Assembly: GCA_021798275.1 (NCBI GenBank)
Contig: JAJZMK010000139.1
Span: 12,408 to 76,407 of the forward strand
Source: Actinomycetes bacterium
GTDB lineage: Bacteria > Actinomycetota > Acidimicrobiia > Acidimicrobiales > Bog-793
Direction: 5' to 3'
Length of the DNA stretch: 64,000 nt
Part shown: piece after piece, positions 57,709 through 64,000 of the stretch
Layout: every line of letters starts with the position of its first letter
Position numbering within the stretch: the first letter of the stretch is position 1
Position numbers and translations under genes: made by a program
The notes under the pieces: generated by a model
The model's input: the letters and a program-made list of their open reading frames with translations, nothing else
The model's database searches: none
Told to the model about the DNA's origin: nothing

Positions 57709-58155
57709 TTGCCGTCAGAGTAGATTAGTGCAGCATAAACTATCTAAATACTTAAAGCCCAGAAAGAAAGTTACTGGCAGGCAGATGTTGAAAAGTTATT
57801 TTCGATTGCCTCAGGCTGGGATGCAAAAGAGTTTTTCATGGCCAATCCGTCAGTAGTGTTTGATGCGAAGCCACGATAATAAAGAGCGTCGCGGCAAAAG
57901 CGCTTTCGATCAGCGAAGAGCAGCCAATTGTTCAGATCAGCCGTCACGAAGACCGGTATTATAAATTATCGATTAAAGAGGAAAGCGGCGTAAGCCAGGT
58001 ATTGGCGGAGTTGCTGTCCGGTACCACTTCTTATGAAATTTTTAAGATGAGCTTTTATTTTTTGATTAGCAAAAAATACAAAAAATAACTTTTTAAGGTG
58101 CTACTTTTAAACAACAGATATGAGGCGTCATTTACTGGCACCCCATATAAAGTAA

Positions 58156-58230
58156 GGACCTGTGGTGCAGCTCGGAGTGCACGCCGGCCTGTCAAGCCGG
58201 AGGTCGCGGGTTCAAATCCCGTCAGGTCCG
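58156..58230 (+). tRNA. tRNA-Asp (anticodon GTC)
   Basis: Hand fold of 75 nt. Acceptor GGACCTG/CAGGTCC, anticodon loop CTGTCAA, T-loop TTCAAAT. Confidence 0.9.
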
Positions 58231-58273
58231 CTACAACTTTGACGGATACTTGTTTTCTGTGTCCGCCAAGTAT

Positions 58274-58346
58274 GGTCGGGTAGCTCAGTTGGCAGAGCGC
58301 GCGCCTGAAAAGCGTGAGGTCACCGGATCGACGCCGGTCCCGACCA
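58274..58346 (+). tRNA. tRNA-Phe (anticodon GAA)
   Basis: Hand fold of 73 nt. Acceptor GGTCGGG/CCCGACC, anticodon loop CTGAAAA, T-arm ACCGG-ATCGACG-CCGGT. Confidence 0.88.
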
Positions 58347-58424
58347 CAAATTTTTTAACCAAATTTCCCCGTTAAGGCCATTACGGGAGTGTTTTGTCCG
58401 GGAAAACCGACGTATATATTCGAT

Positions 58425-58444
58425 ATTGGAATATATATTCCAAT
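58425..58444. promoter_or_regulatory. 20-bp perfect palindrome ATTGGAATATATATTCCAAT (candidate operator) upstream of the 58585 gene
   Basis: Read directly. It lies 140 bp upstream of the secreted-protein gene. Confidence 0.35.
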
Positions 58445-58584
58445 CCGATGACATACGCATTACAGTTATGCATACATCGTCAATAAATACTTCTTCTGCT
58501 CTTGACTCCCTATTTTTTCTAAGGTAGACCTTTTATTGCTTTGGAAATGCCAAGGCATACCATCATTTCAATAGGGGAGTCAAC

Positions 58585-60006
58585 ATGATAGGTGCGAAAA
58601 TGAAGCAAGTTTTGCAGATTGCAAAAAAACATATCTTGGTAAGTACCCTCTTTCTATCAGGTATGACGGCGGTAGTGGGCGGTGTCGCGGTATCCAATGT
58701 AGGTGCCGCTGTGTCTGCATCTTCCACTGCCCCCATCAACTCTTTGTATCACCGGTACCAGTATAAATCGCGTCATCTTATCGGATTTGAGTCGGGTGTC
58801 AGCAGACCGGCAGGCGGATGTACTTACGAAAACCATCTCATTTCCTGTACTGCCGGAAGGGGAAATATGGGGATGCCTTTCCCTCCGGAACCGCCGATGC
58901 ATCCGGGCTATCCAAATATGCCTTTCCCTCCGGAACCGCCGATGCATCCGGGCTATCCAAATATGCCTTTCCCTTCCACATCAACAACCTGTCAAGCGGC
59001 CTCATCGGGGGATGCCGTACCGACGGCACGGGCTGTGGTGTCAATAAAAATGACGCAATATGGGCCGGTCCTGGCTGTCGGGAGTGGGTCTAATGTCAAT
59101 TGCTCCCTATATACTCTGACGGCCGACAACACCGCCGCGTCGCCGGCAACCTACGGTTGTACCGATACACCTGTAGTGCCGAATTTGGGTTCATGTGCCC
59201 AAAATATATGGCCGGCCTTGCTTTCTGACGGTACCCCTGTAGCGGGAATGGGCGTAAACCCCCATTTATTGGGAATCGTCAAAAGAACGGACGTCATCAG
59301 CGGGAAAACCGTTGATCAGGTAACTTATAATGGGCATCCCTTGTATCAATTCTTCCTCGACAAGAAATCAAACGATCTGAACGGTGCTGGTTTGAACGAC
59401 GGTTTAGCCGGCGGTGTTTGGTATCTCATGTCTCCGATGGGTATACCTGCCGCAGGTCATGCTACCGTGACACTCGAGGGCACGACAAATGCCGGTGTTG
59501 TATTATCCGTTTTGATGAATACCGGAGCCGGTTATAAAGAGTATCCGGTATATACGTTCAGTGGAGATGCAAACGGTAAAGTATCGTGCACAGGGAAGTG
59601 CGCTCAATTCTGGCCGCCCGTTTTGACATCGGAATTTCCTATAGCCACGAACGGCGTAAACCAAATGCTTTTGGGAGTTACCAGGAATTCAGCCGGCAGT
59701 CTGCAAGTCACTTATAACGGGCATCCCTTGTATCTGTTCATAAAAGATGCTGCCATCAGCGCCGCAGGTGAAGCTACAGGCAATGGCTTGGGGGCTTTGT
59801 TTGGCGGTACGTTTGAGACCGTTAACCCCGCGACACCCGTGACTTCTTCCACTACCACAACAACGGCGGCTCCGACCACAACAACGGCGGCTCCGACCAC
59901 AACAACGGCGGCTCCGACCACAACAACAAAGGCTCCGACCACAACAACGGCGGCTCCGACCACAACAACGGCGGCTCCGACCACAACAACAAATCTATAC
60001 GGTTAG
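58585..60006 (+). CDS. secreted repeat protein with two Yx(FWY)xxD-motif (COG4315-like) domains, a Pro-rich tandem repeat and a C-terminal T/A/P repeat
   Basis: Signal/TM ILVSTLFLSGMTAVVGGVAVSNVGAAVSA. The motif occurs twice: VTYNGHPLYQFFLD and VTYNGHPLYLFIKD. PFPPEPPMHPGYPNM occurs twice. The tail is a TTTTAAP repeat. Confidence 0.75.
   Translation: MIGAKMKQVLQIAKKHILVSTLFLSGMTAVVGGVAVSNVGAAVSASSTAPINSLYHRYQYKSRHLIGFESGVSRPAGGCTYENHLISCTAGRGNMGMPFPPEPPMHPGYPNMPFPPEPPMHPGYPNMPFPSTSTTCQAASSGDAVPTARAVVSIKMTQYGPVLAVGSGSNVNCSLYTLTADNTAASPATYGCTDTPVVPNLGSCAQNIWPALLSDGTPVAGMGVNPHLLGIVKRTDVISGKTVDQVTYNGHPLYQFFLDKKSNDLNGAGLNDGLAGGVWYLMSPMGIPAAGHATVTLEGTTNAGVVLSVLMNTGAGYKEYPVYTFSGDANGKVSCTGKCAQFWPPVLTSEFPIATNGVNQMLLGVTRNSAGSLQVTYNGHPLYLFIKDAAISAAGEATGNGLGALFGGTFETVNPATPVTSSTTTTTAAPTTTTAAPTTTTAAPTTTTKAPTTTTAAPTTTTAAPTTTTNLYG
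58873..58974 (+). repeat. perfect 45-bp tandem repeat, about 2.3 copies (coding MPFPPEPPMHPGYPN)
   Basis: Positions 58873-58917 and 58918-58962 are identical. A 12-nt partial third copy follows. Confidence 0.9.
59854..59991 (+). repeat. 21-bp tandem repeat ACCACAACAACGGCGGCTCCG, about 6.5 copies (coding TTTTAAP)
   Basis: Six full units were read directly. Unit 4 carries GGC>AAA, changing TAAP to TKAP. Confidence 0.9.
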
Positions 60007-60054
60007 GCAGTACAGCAACGCGACAATCAGCCAATGATGCTTAGTGATTGAAGA

Positions 60055-60099
60055 AAGACCAGTTGGGTGAATCAAATAGGTTTACTCAACTGGTCTTTT
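60055..60099. terminator. bidirectional terminator-like hairpin between convergent genes
   Basis: AAGACCAGTTGGGT / ACTCAACTGGTCTT forms a 14-bp stem with one G:U pair and a 15-nt loop, followed by TT. Confidence 0.5.
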
Positions 60100-60101
60100 G
60101 A

Positions 60102-61190
60102 TTAATTTGTAGATTTCCAGACGTTATAAGATTTCTCGTTGTCAATTAAAAACGATGCCACAGATGAAGGCCATTCTTTGTTTAATTTAGCTGCCACCAA
60201 AAGTCCTCCTATGCAAGAGGGAGTGGTGGGCGCCTTTATTGTCGCACCCGGCAGGTATTGGTGAATGTATTTCTGGAATAGCGGACTTTTGTCGACAAAT
60301 CCGCCTACGAGACCTAAATCAAACTGACCGGAATCGAGATGCAAATTGCTTAATGCGCAGATTACTAGAGATTCTATATCTTTTGCTGCCTCGATAAAAA
60401 CTTCTATAGCTACCTCGTCACCTTCCAAAGCCGCTGTTTCCACTGTCGGGCCAAAACCGGCTATCTCCGCTTTTGTAAAAGGTCGGTGATATGCCGCTTT
60501 TGCTAGATGCAATACCGTGGGGACGTTGTAATGCTGGAGTGCTAGATCGGACAGTACAGTTTCTTTACCCCTGCCGTCGCGCCATTGGAATATTTTTTTG
60601 AGGCCGTTGAGTCCTATCAGATAGCCGCTTCCTTCGTCGGCAAACAGGTGCCCCCATCCGCCGACGCGCCAAGCCATTCCGCCGTCATTAACGCCGAAAC
60701 AATTACTGCCCGTACCCGAGATGACTACAACCCCTTCTTGACACATCAGCGCAGTCGCCCAAGCGCTTACAACATCATTCATGATCAATACGGTCGTTTT
60801 ACCTATTGCATCCCTGATTACATTTTCCATAGCAATTATTTCACTGCGTTCGTCTATACCTGATATACCACCAAAGGCTGCCTTGACGATAAAGTCCTTT
60901 TCGTTGTCGGCTTTTGCTTTTAAAAACACCTCGTTTATGCTCTTCAGAATATTTTTAGTAGCTGTTTCTGTGCCGTAAGCTTCGGGGTTTCCGGGTCCTG
61001 TCCGGGTAAAGTAGACTTTGCCGTTTGGGAGGTAAAGCGCCGTTTCTGTCTTTGTGCCGCCACCGTCTATCGACAAATAGGCGCTCTTTATTTCAGACCC
61101 CGGTTTTATATTTGGTGCAAGTTCAGGAGGTATAGCGATTAGAGATTCTTGAGCAGTCATTATCCCCATAATAGTTATGAAGTAAAGCAA
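60102..61190 (-). CDS. BadF/BadG/BcrA/BcrD-type ATPase (N-acetylglucosamine kinase-like)
   Basis: LSIDGGGTKTE phosphate-1 motif, VISGTGSNCFG, and an ASKHA fold pattern. Start may be an internal Met near 61160. Confidence 0.8.
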   Translation of the reverse strand: MLYFITIMGIMTAQESLIAIPPELAPNIKPGSEIKSAYLSIDGGGTKTETALYLPNGKVYFTRTGPGNPEAYGTETATKNILKSINEVFLKAKADNEKDFIVKAAFGGISGIDERSEIIAMENVIRDAIGKTTVLIMNDVVSAWATALMCQEGVVVISGTGSNCFGVNDGGMAWRVGGWGHLFADEGSGYLIGLNGLKKIFQWRDGRGKETVLSDLALQHYNVPTVLHLAKAAYHRPFTKAEIAGFGPTVETAALEGDEVAIEVFIEAAKDIESLVICALSNLHLDSGQFDLGLVGGFVDKSPLFQKYIHQYLPGATIKAPTTPSCIGGLLVAAKLNKEWPSSVASFLIDNEKSYNVWKSTN

Positions 61191-61556
61191 AAAAAAGTTT
61201 TTGATTACAAAATAAATTCAAATGTTCGGTAGAGAATAAAAGTTGGCAGCTTTGTTTTTCTTGTTTGCAGACAGTTTATTGTCTAAGTACGCGTACGGCT
61301 GTGTTTGTTATATGGATGGAATTGATAAAAATTTTGATTTTGAAACAGCACTTTTCATTGTCCCTGGTAACGTGGTTAAACAAGAATTCGCCGGTCGCAG
61401 TTTTATTTGCAATTTATCCAATTGTTTTATATTGTGTTCATGCCTACTTTATTAATAATAGGTGATAAACAAAAATTCATAAAAAGAAAACAATTTTTTG
61501 AAAAGCTGTATTGGTGTTTTATTGGATTTGAATGTAAATATCTTGATGGTCGGGCT

Positions 61557-63275
61557 ATGTCTTATAAACTGAAATTAATGTGGTCAACACGTATCTTTTG
61601 CACGATCATGTCAATATTATTGCTACTTGCATACTTCCTATTTCCGTCTTTCGGCTCTGTCGCATATGCCGAAGGAGTTTTACCGCTGTCGGTTATTTCT
61701 CAACCGAAAATTACCAGATTAAGTCCTCCTTCGGGAGCTTCGGGTACTCAGGTGACGGTTATCGGCAGTGGATTCGGTGCAGACACAACCGTATCTATAG
61801 GCGGCACTGTCGTATCGGCAACAGTGAAGCCCAATGACAGAGCATTGGTGTTCACTGTTCCGAATTTGCCCGTCAAAAGTGCGACAATTATTGTCAATAA
61901 CCCGGGTACGATAGAGGCAAGTGCTGTTTTTCAGGTGCTGGCACCCCTTGTTTTTAACCAAGCCACCATTCCTGTGGTGGAAGCCGGGCAAAATCTTTCT
62001 CTAAAGCTGACGGCGACGGGAGGAAAGTCTCCGTATACTTTTTCTTCCTCCGGTCCTCTGCCGGCGGGTATTCAGATATCGGCAGCCGGTTCGATTCAAG
62101 GCACTCCGACCCAATCCGGAGTTTTTATCGCAACCTTACTCGTGACAGACAGCAATCACCTGACTGCCAAGTCAAACGTGACTTTTACGATAACACCCGG
62201 ACCGGTCATAACGACACAGGCGCTTGCTCCGGTGATACAGGGTTCAAACTTCTCAGACACTTTATCGGCGACGGGAGGGAGTCCTCCTTATAGTTGGACT
62301 ATAGCAAAAGGAGCCATTCCCGGAGGTCTGCTACTGACTTCAAACGGAATTTTGGAAGGGCGGCCCGGTGTCGCCGGAGTATATAACATTGATATCAAAA
62401 TCATCGATTCCCTCGGGGCTTTTACGACCTCCTCCTTTTCCTTTACAGTAAAAGCTCCTCCGCCTCCCCCGCAAAGTGTCGTAATTGTGAGCAGGGGAGG
62501 CCGGTTTGCTTCTTATGATTCTTCCACCGCGACTCCGGTCCAAGTACCGGCAAAAGGTCATTTGCCCGGTATTACGATAGGGGTAGCCGAGTCGGCGGGG
62601 TCCTCCGGATATTTTGTTGTCAATTCGGTGGGCAGGATCACAACTTTTGGCGGCAGTTTTCCCTTAAGGTCTTTGCCCAGAAAAAAACTGCAAGGCCGCA
62701 TTATTGCTTTGGCTTCTGATCCGTCGGCTCCAGGCTATTGGCTATTGAGCAACAAAGGTGTTATCTATCGGGGCGGCAAAGCCAAGTTTTATAGAACCTT
62801 TTTATCCAACGCACCGGTAAGGGGAAAATACAAAATTACTGAAACCCCTCTGGCCCATCAACACCTGGTTGGGATTGCAAGCGCGCCTCATGGCGGCGGC
62901 TACTGGGCTATCACTGCCAACGGTTGGCTTTGGGGTTTCGGGTCGGCAAAACGACTGGTACCCTTATACCTACGCAAAGCGGTAAAAGCGTACCATAGTC
63001 ACGTAGTGTCAATAGTGTCGGCCAAAGTCGGTATGGGATTTTATGTGGTGCTGGCCAACGGTCAGGTTTTGTCATTCGGGTCGGCGGTCAACTATGGGAG
63101 CCCCGGTATCCGCCTTGCCGATGCCGCCACCATCGTCATCGCTCCCGGGGGCAAAGGTTACTGGTTGCTCACCAAAAAAGGCCAGCTTATTCCTTTCGGC
63201 CAAGCCTCGGCTGTCACGTTTGTAGGCGGGGATTATTTAAACAACTCCGTGGTAAGCGGAGTTGCAATGCGATAG
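61557..63275 (+). CDS. secreted multi-domain protein: IPT/TIG domain, two Ig-like (cadherin-like) domains, Pro-rich hinge, five-fold C-terminal repeat (beta-propeller-like)
   Basis: Signal peptide MSILLLLAYFLFPSFGSVAYA. ITRLSPPSGASGTQVTVIGSGFG is the IPT domain. GGKSPYTFSSSGPLPAGIQISAAGSIQGTP and GGSPPYSWTIAKGAIPGGLLLTSNGILEGRP are the Ig-like domains. Five repeats follow, of the type GYWLLSNKGVIYRGGKA and GYWAITANGWLWGFGSA. Confidence 0.7.
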   Translation: MSYKLKLMWSTRIFCTIMSILLLLAYFLFPSFGSVAYAEGVLPLSVISQPKITRLSPPSGASGTQVTVIGSGFGADTTVSIGGTVVSATVKPNDRALVFTVPNLPVKSATIIVNNPGTIEASAVFQVLAPLVFNQATIPVVEAGQNLSLKLTATGGKSPYTFSSSGPLPAGIQISAAGSIQGTPTQSGVFIATLLVTDSNHLTAKSNVTFTITPGPVITTQALAPVIQGSNFSDTLSATGGSPPYSWTIAKGAIPGGLLLTSNGILEGRPGVAGVYNIDIKIIDSLGAFTTSSFSFTVKAPPPPPQSVVIVSRGGRFASYDSSTATPVQVPAKGHLPGITIGVAESAGSSGYFVVNSVGRITTFGGSFPLRSLPRKKLQGRIIALASDPSAPGYWLLSNKGVIYRGGKAKFYRTFLSNAPVRGKYKITETPLAHQHLVGIASAPHGGGYWAITANGWLWGFGSAKRLVPLYLRKAVKAYHSHVVSIVSAKVGMGFYVVLANGQVLSFGSAVNYGSPGIRLADAATIVIAPGGKGYWLLTKKGQLIPFGQASAVTFVGGDYLNNSVVSGVAMR

Positions 63276-63286
63276 CCGAAACAATC

Positions 63287-64000
63287 CTAAACGTTTGATT
63301 TGGCCGAGATCAGTTTTTCCAGCACTTCGTCCGGTACGGCCAAACTGCCTTGCCCGATGCCGATAAACAGGTCCGGTTTATATTTTCCATGGAAATCAGA
63401 TCCGCCGGTTGGGATAAAGCCGTATTTTTCCGCTAAAGCAACCAGCTTTAATATCGTACCGGGAGTGTATTTGCCGTAGTAAGATTCTATGCCTACAACT
63501 CCGATTTCTTTCATGTGAGCCAAGCTCTGTTCTAATCGGTCAAAACTGAAACTGCCCGATAAAGGATGTGCAAGCGATGTGACTCCCCCCGAAAGACTGA
63601 CGACTTGTACCAATTCCTCAAGCTCAATACGTTCTTTGGGTATGTAAGCTTTGCCGTTGTTGCCGAGCCAGACAGTGAAAGCTTCGTCAAGAGAGCCCAC
63701 CATTTTATGATTTAAGAGTACTTGGGCAAAGTGAGGTCTGCCGATTAAACCGACTCCGGCTTCTTTCTTGACCTCGTCCAGAGTAATACCCATTCCGAGT
63801 TCGTTCAATTTGAGTACAAGACGCTCATTTCTGGTAGAGCGGTCGTGTTGCAAAGCTTCCAAATACAGTCCCAGGGGACTTTTTGAATCCGAGACAAAAT
63901 AACATAGAACGTGAACGGATATATTTTTGCCATACAGACAACTCACTTCACATCCAGGAATCAGGGTTATACCCAGCTCTTCTGCTCGTTTGGCAGCGCG
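63287..64000 (-). CDS. PHP-domain metal-dependent phosphoesterase (TrpH/YciV-like), N-terminus beyond window
   Basis: GGSDFHGKYKPD and LAHP motifs. The frame stays open through 64000, where upstream codons read ...AAKRAEELGITLIPGCEVS. Confidence 0.8.
   Translation of the reverse strand, partial: RAAKRAEELGITLIPGCEVSCLYGKNISVHVLCYFVSDSKSPLGLYLEALQHDRSTRNERLVLKLNELGMGITLDEVKKEAGVGLIGRPHFAQVLLNHKMVGSLDEAFTVWLGNNGKAYIPKERIELEELVQVVSLSGGVTSLAHPLSGSFSFDRLEQSLAHMKEIGVVGIESYYGKYTPGTILKLVALAEKYGFIPTGGSDFHGKYKPDLFIGIGQGSLAVPDEVLEKLISAKSNV

Noticed and set aside
57840-58090. Protein-like open frame between tRNA-Glu and tRNA-Asp (…KALSISEEQPIVQISRHEDRYYKLSIKEESGVSQVLAELLSGTTSYEIFKM…), with a 13-codon ATG ORF just upstream in another frame.
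   Set aside because: It has no in-frame canonical start and I recognised no family. It could be a frameshifted gene remnant, but I cannot support that.
58873-59991. Possible CRISPR array, considered because of the short direct repeats.
   Set aside because: The repeats are contiguous with no spacers, in frame within a CDS, and no cas genes are nearby.
59712-60034. Antisense ORFs (VVVGAA and PPLLWSE repeats) over the 21-bp tandem repeat.
   Set aside because: They mirror the coding TTTTAAP repeat of the 58585 gene.

Overview
This window is the chromosomal replication-origin region of a moderate-GC bacterium. Hand counts of individual 60-nt lines mostly give about 40-58% G+C. Gene order is that of Actinomycetota and, from memory, matches M. 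tuberculosis Rv0046c-Rv0058 and Rv3907c-Rv0006. On one side lie rpsF-ssb-rpsR-rplI-dnaB, DUF5318-like/PadR/ino1, cca, a DUF6049-like gene, murJ, trxB-trxA and a cwlM-like gene. These are followed by parB-parA-rsmG-jag-yidC-yidD-rnpA-rpmH on the minus strand. The plus strand then carries dnaA-dnaN-recF-DUF721-gyrB-gyrA-tRNA-Ile. oriC is most likely the AT-rich, DnaA-box-bearing dnaA-dnaN spacer at about 36.64-36.87 kb, and further DnaA-box trios sit upstream of dnaA and about 6 kb away.

Downstream of tRNA-Ile is a decayed accessory patch. It holds an IS1595-type transposase pseudogene, a DUF1697 gene and a sharply high-GC methyltransferase block. Next come a pyruvate:ferredoxin oxidoreductase flanked by GltD/PreT-like and DHOD/PreA-like genes, ctaA, clpS with a DUF2017-like gene, and an unusual S51-like/CysRS-C-terminal fusion gene. 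A tRNA Glu-Asp-Phe cluster and two large repeat-containing secreted proteins complete the window.

The points most worth follow-up are:
- recF and rsmG lack any canonical start codon upstream of conserved N-termini. Each has a non-canonical codon forming a 4-nt overlap with the upstream stop (CTGA and ATAA).
- recF and a DUF45 gene are intragenic GC mosaics.
- The PFOR/split-DPD-like cluster has no assigned function that I know of.
- The S51/CysRS-C fusion has an unusual domain architecture.
- A pair of identical parS-like 16-mers lies upstream of parA.
- An ectopic DnaA-box trio sits between two convergent genes.
- rnpA overlaps rpmH out of frame.
- Two tRNAs have non-canonical T-loops.

I found no CRISPR array, rRNA, intact mobile element or recognisable defence system. 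All family assignments come from motif recognition by eye and were not confirmed by any search.
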